Positions 10,458 to 20,783 are shown, counted from the first letter of the stretch. The stretch: DNA of 64,000 bases from Candidatus Iainarchaeum sp. (GCA_016202305.1 JACQPB010000034.1:27262-91261); one strand, 5' to 3'. Notes: a model not told the origin generated them from the letters alone. Translations and numbers: made by a program.

Positions 10458-11252
10458 TTGATGAATCACTTCGGCAAGGTGTATAAGCAGATTCTGAAGG
10501 GGATAGAGGAGAAGGGCGGCCTCGCTTTTACCGTGATAGACCCTCCTAATCAGGAGCCTGTCGTTGCCGGGAAAATCGCCAAAATGGCGCAGGAAGCTGG
10601 CATTGACGCTATTGCCGTGGGCGGGAGCGTCGGCGCGCAGGGCGAGCTCCTTGACCACACGATACTGCAGGTGAAGGAGAACTGTTCGCTGCCGGTCATA
10701 CTTTTCCCCGGCAACATTGCGAGCATGAGCAAGCACGCGGACGCTATTTACTTCATGTCGATGCTGAACAGCCTCGACCCTTACTATATAACCGGCGCCC
10801 AGATTGCCGCGTCGGCCCCTGTCAAGCGCACGGGCCTCGAGGTGATTCCGACATCCTACGTTATCGTGGAGCCGGGAAGGGCCGTTGGCTGGGTAGGCCG
10901 CGCGCAGCCCGTTCCGCGCAACCTGCACTACCTCGCTGGCATAACCGCGCTCGCGGGCCAGTACATGGGCTCGCACCTTGTCATACTCGAGTCCGGCGGC
11001 GGTGCCGATTCGCCGGCGCCCCAGGAAATGATTGCCTATACGCGGAAAATGATTGACGTGCCGCTGCTGATTGCCGGCGGCGTGCGCAACGAGAAATACG
11101 CCTATGATTGCATAAAGGCTGGCGGCGACATCGTGCATGTCGGCACGGCCGTGGAGAACGAATCGGACAACTTCGCCAAGGCGAAATCGGTGATGCAGAA
11201 AATTGCCGACGCGGTGAAAAGGGCCGGAAGGGAAAAGAGGCCCAAGGCGTGA
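10458..11252 (+). CDS. geranylgeranylglyceryl phosphate synthase (PcrB family)
   Basis: TIM-barrel PcrB/GGGPS signature: AIAVGGS, ILFPGN, LVILESGGGA and IAGGGV. Confidence 0.85.
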   Translation: MMNHFGKVYKQILKGIEEKGGLAFTVIDPPNQEPVVAGKIAKMAQEAGIDAIAVGGSVGAQGELLDHTILQVKENCSLPVILFPGNIASMSKHADAIYFMSMLNSLDPYYITGAQIAASAPVKRTGLEVIPTSYVIVEPGRAVGWVGRAQPVPRNLHYLAGITALAGQYMGSHLVILESGGGADSPAPQEMIAYTRKMIDVPLLIAGGVRNEKYAYDCIKAGGDIVHVGTAVENESDNFAKAKSVMQKIADAVKRAGREKRPKA

Positions 11253-11357
11253 GCGGCCCTTTAAAAAATATCTCGCCGAAGAACACTTCTCGCAGAGAGT
11301 ATTTGTCGGCCCATATGTCACAACAAAGATTTCCTGAATAAACATTTCCTGCCACTT

Positions 11358-12962
11358 TCAGTTGGATTTTATGCCAAGCTCGGTTTGCATAAAATCGCCC
11401 ATATCTTTTCCTGTTGCATATTGCAGGAATTCCTTAAGTGGCTTTGTGCACTTGACATCAGTTAACTCTAGGCTGCAATTGGAAAAATCGAATTCCGGCT
11501 CTGGATTATATACTTTTTTGAAAAATTCATCAGAGAGATAATCAGATTGTTGTAAATGCTTGAAAATACATCTGCCTAAATCATGTCCAACCATAGTTCT
11601 AAAAGGCAGATTCTGGCAACCTGCTGGAATAGGGGCTTCGTTAAACCCAACATCTTGGAATGACCTAAAGCCAGAGTAAATGGCCAGCCCATCAGCAGAG
11701 CCTTCGATTAGCCAACCACTGTCACCTTTGTACTTTTGTACCATGTTTGTTTGGAGTGAATGCGCATATTCGTGGGCAAATTCCTGAACAAGTATTTTTA
11801 CCCCTAAAGTTTTATAGGTTTCTTCGTCCCCGTAGTTGATTGAAACAGAATCACCAAAACCTAGATTGCCTTCAGCACCTAAAACAATCATGATTGTTCT
11901 GGGTCCATAAATTGCAGAAACGTTTCTGTTGAGCCCAGTAATGGCACTATACTTCGACTTTATGTTTTCAGCGTTTTTCTGCACCCCGTCAAAGTCAATT
12001 TTTGAATTTTCAGTTGCAATAAAATATGAAGATAGCGTGGTGCTTTTTTTGACAATCTTATAATTTAGGACGGTCGTCTGATTTGGAAGGAGTTTTGCAT
12101 CTGCAATAGGGGTTTCGTTTGGAATTAAAAACTTGATTTTTTTTGCGCAAACAATGTTTGGAATGCTATTCAGGCTTATTGAATTATTAGGGTCATAAAC
12201 TACTGAGGCGTTTTGAATAAGGTCAACCAGATAATATGTGCCAATTGGTTTTCCTTCAAGCTGTATTTCTAATGCAGATTCCTTGGCCCCTCCAGCGATT
12301 GAAACTGTCGGCGTATCATTTGGGCATTCCGCTCCAATTCTTAGATTAGCAGTTAACAAGCTCATTATAACGTTTGTTTCTTTTTCGAAACAGGTGTTAT
12401 ATGCCTTGAAACACGAGCTGCTTAGACATTCCGCACAAGTTTGTCCGCAGGCAAAATAATTTGGTTGATACCCGTCAAATGTCATAAAATGAAAACAACA
12501 TCTGCCTGAGGTTTGCAATGTGTCCCAAAGGCACACCTGATTTCCAGAGCATAAAACGCCGCCCATTTCATTACAGGCTTGTAAATCGCCATTTTCTTGT
12601 GTTTTTATAACAAGAACAATATTTGAGACCGGTGAAGAAATAAAAACTTCTTTTCCATTTGAAGCAGTTCCCTTGCTCACTTTAATGGCATAATTTCCCG
12701 GCAGCAATTGCATCGCCGCTTTACCATCTTTTCCTGTCAGAGCAATTTGGTCTATCGTGCCGTTTATTTTCATCCAGTTGCCTTGTGCTCCGCTTTCAAA
12801 TGAATAGTTCGAGAAAGCACTCAGGCTAGCGCCCTCAACAGGATTTCCAAACTTATCTACTACCCGAACCTCAACTAGAACCGTTGGGTCATTAATGCAC
12901 CCTGACAAAAAAATAGTAAGTATTAATGCTAAAGTAACAATCGCAATAAACTTCATGAACAA
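11358..12962 (-). CDS. secreted lipoprotein with HExxH zinc-metallopeptidase motif
   Basis: Signal peptide plus lipobox (LTIFLSGC), a Cys-rich middle, and C-terminal FAHEYAHSLQ. Lies in AT-rich DNA. Confidence 0.5.
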   Translation of the reverse strand: MFMKFIAIVTLALILTIFLSGCINDPTVLVEVRVVDKFGNPVEGASLSAFSNYSFESGAQGNWMKINGTIDQIALTGKDGKAAMQLLPGNYAIKVSKGTASNGKEVFISSPVSNIVLVIKTQENGDLQACNEMGGVLCSGNQVCLWDTLQTSGRCCFHFMTFDGYQPNYFACGQTCAECLSSSCFKAYNTCFEKETNVIMSLLTANLRIGAECPNDTPTVSIAGGAKESALEIQLEGKPIGTYYLVDLIQNASVVYDPNNSISLNSIPNIVCAKKIKFLIPNETPIADAKLLPNQTTVLNYKIVKKSTTLSSYFIATENSKIDFDGVQKNAENIKSKYSAITGLNRNVSAIYGPRTIMIVLGAEGNLGFGDSVSINYGDEETYKTLGVKILVQEFAHEYAHSLQTNMVQKYKGDSGWLIEGSADGLAIYSGFRSFQDVGFNEAPIPAGCQNLPFRTMVGHDLGRCIFKHLQQSDYLSDEFFKKVYNPEPEFDFSNCSLELTDVKCTKPLKEFLQYATGKDMGDFMQTELGIKSN

Positions 12963-13070
12963 GTAAAATCACCTGAATATTTAACTCTTTAGAGTTTCCG
13001 CATTTCCGGCGCCATTATTCACTATATTTAAACTTATGTAGACCTCGCCGAAGAACTCTTCCTGCCGCAT

Positions 13071-14000
13071 TCATTGTTTTTCTTCCCCGGCCTTTTCATT
13101 CGCGGTCATTTCCTTCACGACTTCGGGCAGGTAGTTCCTTGTTGAGAGCCCGGCCTTCCATCCTGCCGCTTCCAGCTTTCTGGTGGAGTAAATCCTGTCG
13201 GCCTGCAGGCGCTTCACGTATTCCGGCTTCAGGAGCTTGTTGAACTTCAGCACCGAGTTCAGGGCCACGATGATGTTTCCGAGCCAGAGCGGGACCTTCA
13301 TCGTATTGCCTTTCATGCCGAGCGATGCGCGGATGAGGTTCACGGTTTCCTCCAATGTTAGCGCGTCCTTCTCCGCCGCGATGAATGTTTCGCCGTAGCA
13401 CTCCTCCTTCCCGATGCAGAATGCAATCGCTTCGGCCGCGTCCTCGGCCGCGACAAGCTGCCAGCGGTTGCTTCCGCTTCCTATCAGCGGAAAGCCTTTC
13501 TGCACTGTCTCGGCTATCTGGCGCCAGTATTCATTCGGCCCGAGGACGAGCGCGAGGCGCAGTATAGTCACGTGGAAGACTTCCTGGTAAGAGAGGGCCT
13601 TCCTTTCAGCGTCAAGCTTGCTCCTCTCGTACTGGGTTTCAGGCGCAGGCGGGGTTTCCTCGCCCTTCATGCCCGGGAGAGAGCCGTAAACTCCTGCCGT
13701 GCTCACGAGAATGAACTGCTGCACCGAATTAGCTGCGCATGCCTCCAGCGCATTCTCCGTCCCTTTCACGTTCACTTCGTAAAGGTCTTGCGCTTCCTCA
13801 TCCAGGATTGCAGCGAGGTGCACGACAGCTTCCGCGTTGCTGAACGCTTTTCCGAGCTTTGCCTTGTCAAGCACGTTGCAGTTTTCCATGGTGCAGGCCG
13901 TCACTTTATGCCCGCGCTCCACGAGCTTTTTGCACACGATTTTTCCGAGAAAACCCTCGCTTCCGGTGACAGCAACCCTCATCAATCGCACGCCCTTCAT
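13071..14000 (-). CDS. NAD-dependent epimerase/dehydratase (SDR family)
   Basis: Rossmann VAVTGSEGFLGK at the N-terminus and the overall extended SDR architecture. Confidence 0.75.
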   Translation of the reverse strand: MKGVRLMRVAVTGSEGFLGKIVCKKLVERGHKVTACTMENCNVLDKAKLGKAFSNAEAVVHLAAILDEEAQDLYEVNVKGTENALEACAANSVQQFILVSTAGVYGSLPGMKGEETPPAPETQYERSKLDAERKALSYQEVFHVTILRLALVLGPNEYWRQIAETVQKGFPLIGSGSNRWQLVAAEDAAEAIAFCIGKEECYGETFIAAEKDALTLEETVNLIRASLGMKGNTMKVPLWLGNIIVALNSVLKFNKLLKPEYVKRLQADRIYSTRKLEAAGWKAGLSTRNYLPEVVKEMTANEKAGEEKQ

Positions 14001-15109
14001 TTTTCCGCGACAATGACCTCATCATTGCCGATTTTTTTAGTTTCGGCTATCCTGGCCCTTACGCGCCTGCCGATTTTGAACGCCTCGAGGCCCTTTCGGA
14101 TTTTCATGCTTGCAATTATTATCACCAACCTGTCAAAAAGCCTTTCCTCGAGGAACCTGCTCGCAGTGAAGGCCCCGCCTTCCACGAGCACTGACCTTAT
14201 GCCAAGCGAATGCAGCGAGGCAAGCATCGCCCTCAGGTCTATCCTTCCGGCCCTGCTGCGGGCCACGAGTATTTCAGCCCCCTTCATAGCGAGCCTTCCG
14301 GCCCTTGCGCGGGGTGCGTCGCGCGTGCAGATTATCAGTGTTTCTCCGCCCTGAGAAACGACCCTTGCGTTTGGCGGCGTCCTCGCGCGCGGGTCAAGGA
14401 CAATCCTCGTCGGACTGAGGCTTTTGTCGCGCCTGTACGTGAGCTTCGGATTGTCCTTCAGCACGGTGTTCACGCCCACGAGTATGGCGTCATGCCTCAG
14501 CCGGAGTTCCTGCGTGTAACTGAAATCCTTTCTTCCGCTAATCCTTTTTGCGCGGCCATCCCCGTACGTGATGAATCCATCGCTCGACATGGCTGTCTTT
14601 ATTGTTATGAATGGCCTGCCGGAAAGCACGCTTTTTATGTAGAATTCGTTCTGTTTTTCCGCTTCTTTCCTGCAGAGCCCGAATTTCGTTTCCACGCCCG
14701 CTTTTCTAAGCGCTTTTGCCCCGTTTTTCGATGCCTTGTTTGGGTCTGGGCACGCGGCAAAAACCCGCCTTATTCCTGCGTGGAGTATCTCTTTTGTGCA
14801 TGGCGGCTGCTTTCCGTGGTGGTTGCATGGCTCCAGCGTGACATATAAGTCGGCGCCTTGTGCCTTTTTCCCGGCTTTTTCAAGCGCGTTAAACTCGGCG
14901 TGTTTTCCCCCGAAGAATCCGTGCCAGCCCCTTCCGACGACCTTTCCTCCTTTCACCACCACAGCCCCTACCATCGGGTTCGGCGAAACCTTTCCAATGC
15001 CGCGCTCCGCCAGCCTTATGGCCTCCAGCATGAATTTCACGTGTGCAGCGTGCCGCGCATTTTTCCCGGTGGCTTTCCCGCGGGCCGACGCTAGGCTTTT
15101 CCTGCCCAT
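13997..15109 (-). CDS. ribD: bifunctional riboflavin biosynthesis deaminase/reductase RibD
   Basis: N-terminal CMP/dCMP-type deaminase (HAEFNAL, TLEPCNHHGKQPPC) plus a C-terminal RibG reductase domain; 370 aa. Confidence 0.8.
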   Translation of the reverse strand: MGRKSLASARGKATGKNARHAAHVKFMLEAIRLAERGIGKVSPNPMVGAVVVKGGKVVGRGWHGFFGGKHAEFNALEKAGKKAQGADLYVTLEPCNHHGKQPPCTKEILHAGIRRVFAACPDPNKASKNGAKALRKAGVETKFGLCRKEAEKQNEFYIKSVLSGRPFITIKTAMSSDGFITYGDGRAKRISGRKDFSYTQELRLRHDAILVGVNTVLKDNPKLTYRRDKSLSPTRIVLDPRARTPPNARVVSQGGETLIICTRDAPRARAGRLAMKGAEILVARSRAGRIDLRAMLASLHSLGIRSVLVEGGAFTASRFLEERLFDRLVIIIASMKIRKGLEAFKIGRRVRARIAETKKIGNDEVIVAEK

Positions 15110-15940
15110 TCAGATTCCGCCCGTCATTATCTGGGGGAAGCCCGGCATCGCGAGCGCGAGCAGGACGCCGAGGAATATGAACGGCCCGAACCTCGGCAGG
15201 TTCCTGTAGACCGCGACTTCAATAATGCCTGCGCCGTAAAGCTTCGCCTTCTCGCTTTCCCCTATGACTGCCTTGAGCCCGAGTCCGGCCTTTTCCTGCA
15301 CCGCCTTCCTCTCCTCTTCGCGCATGAAATCATGTGCAAGTAGCTCGTCGTCCTCGAGCTCGGAAACCCTGATTCTCTTCACGAAGAATTCCTTCCTGAT
15401 GCCTTTCTCAAGCGCCGCGAAAGCGAGTCCGAACAGCATTGGAACGCCCAGTGTGGCTGCGTACTGCGGCGAGATGAAGCCGTAAGAGTACAGCGCGTAA
15501 AAATACGCCGCTATGAAAACAAGCAGCAGCGCGGAGCGCAGGATTCCCTTGGAATTGTATTGCGTGTCAATGCCTTTCCTCGCGTAGCCCGTGACATAAT
15601 ACGCGGAGAAGAACACCACTGCGCAAAGGCCGCCGAGGAACGCGGCCGAAAGGATGAAGAGTCCGCCTCCATAGGAGGGCATGATGAGCGCAATCCCGGT
15701 GTAAAGCTTCACATCGCCCCCGCCGAGCTTGCCTGTGTAGTAGAGCGCGTATCCGAGTCCGAACACGATTGCCCCGAGAGCTATGCCGGTGAATTGCTGC
15801 TCGTATATGTCAGCGAGCAGGCCAAGCGCAATCAGCGGGAGCGTCACCCAGTCATAAATATACCCTGTCTTGAAATCCGTGTAGGCGCCAGCCGCTGACG
15901 CGATAAGGACGGCGGCTTCCCTTAGCAAAATTTCCTGCAT
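15110..15940 (-). CDS. A24-family prepilin/preflagellin peptidase (PibD/FlaK-like)
   Basis: Polytopic membrane protein with catalytic Asp motifs DFKTGYIYD and GGGDVKL. Confidence 0.65.
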   Translation of the reverse strand: MQEILLREAAVLIASAAGAYTDFKTGYIYDWVTLPLIALGLLADIYEQQFTGIALGAIVFGLGYALYYTGKLGGGDVKLYTGIALIMPSYGGGLFILSAAFLGGLCAVVFFSAYYVTGYARKGIDTQYNSKGILRSALLLVFIAAYFYALYSYGFISPQYAATLGVPMLFGLAFAALEKGIRKEFFVKRIRVSELEDDELLAHDFMREEERKAVQEKAGLGLKAVIGESEKAKLYGAGIIEVAVYRNLPRFGPFIFLGVLLALAMPGFPQIMTGGI

Positions 15941-15943
15941 GAT

Positions 15944-16657
15944 TCATCTCTCCGGCTTTTTTATATAAACAACTCGACGCTCAAGCGATATTTTTGCGTC
16001 TGGAAGCAATTCTTTGAATTGTCCCATAAGTGTTTCTTCTGTCCACAAGTATCCTACAGGCTTAATCCATGAAGTTAATCTTAAAAGAAAATTTCTTATG
16101 CGGGCGTTGGGAATATTGAACGCCATAACACCGCCGTCCTGCATGCATTCATATAGTTTTCGGAATTTTTCTAGCTGTGCCATATGTTTTGGCTTGTCAG
16201 ATTCTCCAAGTAAATGAGATAGGCCAAGATGTGAAACAATACAATCTGGTCTGATATTGCCCAATCTGAGATATCTATCCAAATCATTGCTGTCGCACTG
16301 GATAAATTTCACATTTTTTATTTTATCCCATTCCTTATAAGAGTCTACAGAATACCCCAAAACCGTGGCCCTGTTTCCATAAAACGATGTCGCCTCTCTA
16401 ACCATGGCCCCTCCACCGCAACCCCAGTCAAGGAGTATTTGTTTTTTCCCGGTCGCATCAAACCGCTTTAGCAAGAAATCGTCTTTGCCAAAAATTCTTT
16501 GGAACGTCCTGCGTATTTTAGTAAATTTTGTAAATTCAATCGGCCAGCCCCAATATCGCTCCATAATTTCACTTTGAGGCCTGCCTTTAGAGTCTACCCC
16601 TCTTCTAAATGTAGTCGGCAACCTCCCTACCTTTCTTCTGGGGTCATAAATAGGCAT
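15944..16657 (-). CDS. class I SAM-dependent methyltransferase
   Basis: Motif I LLDWGCGGGAMV; located in AT-rich DNA. Confidence 0.6.
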   Translation of the reverse strand: MPIYDPRRKVGRLPTTFRRGVDSKGRPQSEIMERYWGWPIEFTKFTKIRRTFQRIFGKDDFLLKRFDATGKKQILLDWGCGGGAMVREATSFYGNRATVLGYSVDSYKEWDKIKNVKFIQCDSNDLDRYLRLGNIRPDCIVSHLGLSHLLGESDKPKHMAQLEKFRKLYECMQDGGVMAFNIPNARIRNFLLRLTSWIKPVGYLWTEETLMGQFKELLPDAKISLERRVVYIKKPER

Positions 16658-16688
16658 ATCATCATCCTTGGTTCACTTACTGGGAAAT

Positions 16689-18038
16689 TCACCTTATCCT
16701 GAACTTCTTTTTCTTGGCGAACATTTTCTGCAGCTTCTTCATGTCCACGCCGTCTCCCTTCCCTAGCTTCTCCGCGTCCATCGCGCTGAACTTGCTGAAC
16801 ACTTTCCTCATTTTCTTGAAGCTCTTGAGGAGCTCGCGCACCTGCTCCTGCGTGGTGCCGGAGCCACGCGCAATCCTGGCTATCCTGCTTTTGTTGAGGG
16901 TTTCCGGGTCGGACCTTTCCTTCGCGGTCATCGAGTCTATGATGTGCCCGAACTTGTCAAGCTTCTGCTCCCCCATCTCCGCGAACTCCTTAGGCATCTG
17001 CGCCCCAATGCCCATCATGTCGAGCACCTTGCCGAGCGGCCCCATCTTCCGAGCGGCCTTCATCTGCTGGTAGAATGTCTGGAGGCTGAAGTTTTCGCCC
17101 AGCACGTCCTCGGCGTCAAGCCATTCTTCTTCCTGTATTTCCTGCGCCTTCTCAAGGAGCGCCTGCAAATCGCCGTATCCCATTATCCTGCTCAGGTAGC
17201 GCACGGCGTCGAACTCCTGTAGGTCCTCGGCTTTCTCTCCTGTGCCGAGGAAATATACCTTGGCCCCGGTTGCAGCGCATGCAGCGAGCGCGCCTCCGCC
17301 CTTGGCCGAGCCGTCCATTCTAGTAAGGACGACGCCGTTCATTCCCACGAGCGCGTGGAAAGCCTGTGCCTGCTTCTTCGCTACCTGTCCGACATCCGCC
17401 CCTATGACAAGCCATTTCTCCGTCGCGCCGAATTCTCGGTCTATGGTCTTCAGCTCTTTTGAAAGCTCCGTGTCAAGGGCGCTCCTGCCGGCGGAATCGC
17501 ATATCACGAGGTCGCATGCCACGAGGGCCGCGAGCCCCTTGCGCACGGCCTTGCCCGCGTCCTTTTCCTTCTCGTCGCCGTAGAATTCCGAGCCTGTCTT
17601 CTCCGCTAGCGTTCGCAGCTGCTCTACTGCGGCCGGCCTGAAAACGTCGGCTGCAAGGAGGCCCACTTTCATGCCGCGCTTCGAGTACCACTTCGCGAGC
17701 TTGCCGCATGTTGTCGTTTTGCCATTCCCGTTTAGCCCGATGAGCAGAATCCTCCGGGGTTTTTCCGGCGGTGCGGAGCGGCCTCCCAGCATTTGCGCCA
17801 GCCTGTCGTGCGTGGCCTTTATCACGTGCTCGCGCCGGCTGATTCCGGGGGGAAGGTCCTTAAATGCGTCTTCCTCTATGTCCTTGCTGAGCTTGAGCAC
17901 GAGCGCCAGTTCGACGTCGGCTGAAATCAGCGCGCGCTGGAGTTCCTTCACCGCTTCCTTGACCGAGGCTTTGTCAAGCGAGGCGCTGTTCCTCAGCCTC
18001 TCCATCGCCTTCCTCAACGATTCGCCAAAGCCCATCAA
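16689..18038 (-). CDS. srp54: signal recognition particle protein SRP54
   Basis: N domain, a G domain with GLNGNGKTTT and DSAGR, and a C-terminal methionine-rich M domain. Confidence 0.9.
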   Translation of the reverse strand: MMGFGESLRKAMERLRNSASLDKASVKEAVKELQRALISADVELALVLKLSKDIEEDAFKDLPPGISRREHVIKATHDRLAQMLGGRSAPPEKPRRILLIGLNGNGKTTTCGKLAKWYSKRGMKVGLLAADVFRPAAVEQLRTLAEKTGSEFYGDEKEKDAGKAVRKGLAALVACDLVICDSAGRSALDTELSKELKTIDREFGATEKWLVIGADVGQVAKKQAQAFHALVGMNGVVLTRMDGSAKGGGALAACAATGAKVYFLGTGEKAEDLQEFDAVRYLSRIMGYGDLQALLEKAQEIQEEEWLDAEDVLGENFSLQTFYQQMKAARKMGPLGKVLDMMGIGAQMPKEFAEMGEQKLDKFGHIIDSMTAKERSDPETLNKSRIARIARGSGTTQEQVRELLKSFKKMRKVFSKFSAMDAEKLGKGDGVDMKKLQKMFAKKKKFRIR

Positions 18039-18044
18039 ATCGCC

Positions 18045-19220
18045 CTAAAAATCATCTTCATTTTTGCCCTTCACAAATTCCATGAACAGTCCATGGAAAA
18101 AATGGTAATTGGCCCTCCTAGGCTTATTCAAAATTCCTTTTCTGACAGCTTCCTGGATATATGGTGCCACCTCGGTGCTTTTCATATGTAATGCTCCAAC
18201 CACATCTTTGAAAAGGAATTCTTTCCGCTTCACGCTTTTTGCAACTTTGATAATGACTTTTTTAGCTTTTGGGGATATCGGGTGGAACATCGGGTTAAAA
18301 AAATCTTTTTCCAGCTGGAAAAGAATTCTTGGGCTGGCCATGCCATAATGTGATTCGGTAAGCCGGTTTTCGTTCTCTTTCAGCTGGTCAAAGACATGGG
18401 CGCACATCGAGACGACAACATAAGGGTGGCCCTCGCTCTTTTCGAAAATTTTCATTTTCACGGACTCGTCGCAGTGCACGCCTACGGTGGAAAGTTTTCT
18501 GTCTATATATTGCGATATTTCATGCTTTGTGAAATTTTCAAGCGCTGATGTCGGGAAAAACCTGTTGAGTGGTGAGAACGATTCTGACATTCTTTCAGGA
18601 AAGTTGAGTTTGCCTGACAGGACTATGCTGTATTTTGCCTCGCTCGCCAGTCTCTGGAATGTTTCACGCAAGAATTCCAATGCGCCTTCCACCCGCTCCA
18701 AAGCTTCAGCTTCGTCTATTAGCACAACTATGGCTGAGTAGTCATCCCTGACTTTATTCCAAATTCCGACAAAATTTTTCCTCAGGATGGATTGCGCCGC
18801 GATTTTTTTCTCTTCTATCCTAAGGCTGAATTCCTTGTAAGAAAATTCTGGCTTCAATGTCTTAATCCAGTCTCCAATCCCGGAAATTTTCTCCATGAGC
18901 ATGGAATTCGAGAGCATTTCTTGCTTTATTCCCAGAACTAGATAATCAGTTAGTGTAGGTATGTCGCTTACACTTCCTTCATAGTTTGACATCCTGAATA
19001 CGAGGCAGCGGTTTTTCCTCGCCAAATCCTCCATTTTCGCAAGAATAGAAGTTTTCCCCATCCCTCTATTGCCGGTGATGCTCATGTTCATCGGTGAACC
19101 GTGCATTGTCTGTGCCAGATTTTTTTGGAATTCCTCCAATTCCTTGTTTCTTCCGACAAAGAACTCTGGCAGTGCGGGTACTTGTGGATTAAAAGGGTTG
19201 TACCTGATGATTTTTACCAT
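18045..19220 (-). CDS. archaeal ATPase family protein (Arch_ATPase/AAA+ with C-terminal wHTH-like region)
   Basis: Walker A GNRGMGKTS and Walker B VVLIDEAE; 391 aa; AT-rich DNA, followed by a 330-bp non-coding spacer. Confidence 0.55.
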   Translation of the reverse strand: MVKIIRYNPFNPQVPALPEFFVGRNKELEEFQKNLAQTMHGSPMNMSITGNRGMGKTSILAKMEDLARKNRCLVFRMSNYEGSVSDIPTLTDYLVLGIKQEMLSNSMLMEKISGIGDWIKTLKPEFSYKEFSLRIEEKKIAAQSILRKNFVGIWNKVRDDYSAIVVLIDEAEALERVEGALEFLRETFQRLASEAKYSIVLSGKLNFPERMSESFSPLNRFFPTSALENFTKHEISQYIDRKLSTVGVHCDESVKMKIFEKSEGHPYVVVSMCAHVFDQLKENENRLTESHYGMASPRILFQLEKDFFNPMFHPISPKAKKVIIKVAKSVKRKEFLFKDVVGALHMKSTEVAPYIQEAVRKGILNKPRRANYHFFHGLFMEFVKGKNEDDF

Positions 19221-19549
19221 ATTGTTTACACAGTTAGAAATGTTTATAAATATTCACTAACTTTACAAATATTCTAATTTTAGCTCGCCGGCCGCTATAA
19301 CCCTACGGGCTTTGCAAAGGCGCGAATCGGTGCGAAGTATGTGGCTGATAGATGTGGATTCTGGCTGAATAACTCCCTATTCACAACTGCTGTTGGGGTG
19401 TGGGTAGTTCGCAAGAAATGTAATTTACCGCCGCCTATTTGGGCTATTTTTTCTTCAACACTTGCCCTTTACCGCATTTTATGGTTTTTGTGTTATCCTG
19501 CTTTTAAATAGTTTTCCCGGCAGGCTTGCGCCGCCGGTATTTGCCTTAT

Positions 19550-19759
19550 TCATGCCTTCACTACTTGGACCTGTTTTGTGCCTGCCGTCGCGTCGAAGAG
19601 GTCTTCCTTTTTCTTCGTCCTGAAATTCGCGTATGGCCTGTACTTGGTCTTTGTCCATGCTTCCGGCTGCTTCTTCCTGAGTTTGAATTCCTGCTTCAGG
19701 AACTTGACGCGCAGCTGTTCGCTGGACTCCAGTCCTATGAGTTCATCGAGACTCGCCAT
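19550..19759 (-). CDS. small basic hypothetical protein
   Basis: 69 aa, Lys/Arg-rich, with no recognisable motif. Co-oriented downstream of the TRAM gene. Confidence 0.3.
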   Translation of the reverse strand: MASLDELIGLESSEQLRVKFLKQEFKLRKKQPEAWTKTKYRPYANFRTKKKEDLFDATAGTKQVQVVKA

Positions 19760-19794
19760 TTTCCAATCCCCCTTTGAGTTGCAAAACCAAGACT

Positions 19795-20136
19795 TTATTT
19801 CTCTTCTTCCGAGTCCACGGATTCGTCTCCCATGTCCTCGTCTTCTTCCGCATCTTCCTCGGATTCGTCTCCCGATTCCTCTTCCGAAGGCTCCTTGTCC
19901 TTGGGCTCTGCCTCGCCAATTACCTCTCCGAAGCTCACCTTTCCGCGGACGGCATTGACCTTGACCTTCACCTTGTCGCCCTTCTGGACATTCGGCACTA
20001 TTATGACATAACCCTCTATCTTCGCTATGCCATCACCCTTCTCCCCAATGCCCTCAATCTCGACATCATAGGATTCGCCTTCCTTCACGGGTATGTCGCC
20101 GAACCTGTTGCCCGGCCTCCTGTCGTTTCCCATCAT
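19795..20136 (-). CDS. TRAM domain protein with acidic C-terminal tail
   Basis: YDVEIEGIGEKGDGIAKIEGYVIIVPNVQKGDKVKVKV is a classic standalone archaeal TRAM OB-fold. The tail is poly-E/D/S. Confidence 0.65.
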   Translation of the reverse strand: MMGNDRRPGNRFGDIPVKEGESYDVEIEGIGEKGDGIAKIEGYVIIVPNVQKGDKVKVKVNAVRGKVSFGEVIGEAEPKDKEPSEEESGDESEEDAEEDEDMGDESVDSEEEK

Positions 20137-20489
20137 GTTTATTCACTCCTCCTGTAACGATGCGGACGCGGCAAGCACCTTTTTTTGAAGCGCGTAAGGC
20201 CCTGTAGAAAAAGGTATTTGCCGAAAATCCAATCCTACATATATGCTGCGCAAGTCATATTTAAAGTAGACGATTTACAAAGGCCCCAGCAGTCGGGGCC
20301 ATGCCAAAACGCCAGGAATCCCGTAAACGCCGTTAAATAGGCCATATGGCTCTGTAGCCCATGGGTTGGCAATAAGCGCGGGGTTGGTGGAGAGGCCCTC
20401 CAAATAGCCCTTATTATGTAGAAGTCAGCATGTTTTGCCCGCCAAAGCGCGTTTATACTGAATAGGGAAAGTGCCTTAAAAGAAGAGCT

Positions 20490-20783
20490 TTATTTCACGA
20501 TTTTGAGCTGGCCTTTCTTGCCAGTCGAGACCTGGAGTTGTCCCCTGAACTCGGAGCACCAGCCTTCCGTAATCTGGATGGTGTTGCCCTCGTTGACCTG
20601 CTCGCACTGCTCGTTCCAGAGAGTGACGCGCACTTCCTGGCCGTCCTCATCCTTTCCTGCGCAGTTGCACACCGTGCCGGAGCCCCTGTCATTCGCGTAC
20701 TTGCGCGGCTCTTCCTTCGAAACCACTTCAAGCGTCATTTCCGGGACAGGCGTATTGGCCCTTAGTTCAGCGACCTTCATCAA
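20490..20783 (-). CDS. single OB-fold ssDNA-binding protein (RPA-like SSB)
   Basis: 97 aa with an MKVAELRANTPVPEMTLEVVSKEEPR...VTLWNEQ...EFRGQLQVSTGKKGQLKIVK pattern typical of short archaeal SSB. Confidence 0.65.
   Translation of the reverse strand: MMKVAELRANTPVPEMTLEVVSKEEPRKYANDRGSGTVCNCAGKDEDGQEVRVTLWNEQCEQVNEGNTIQITEGWCSEFRGQLQVSTGKKGQLKIVK

Noticed and set aside
13572-14354. 260-aa + strand ORF across the epimerase/ribD junction
   Set aside because: Antisense to two motif-supported genes; no motifs of its own.
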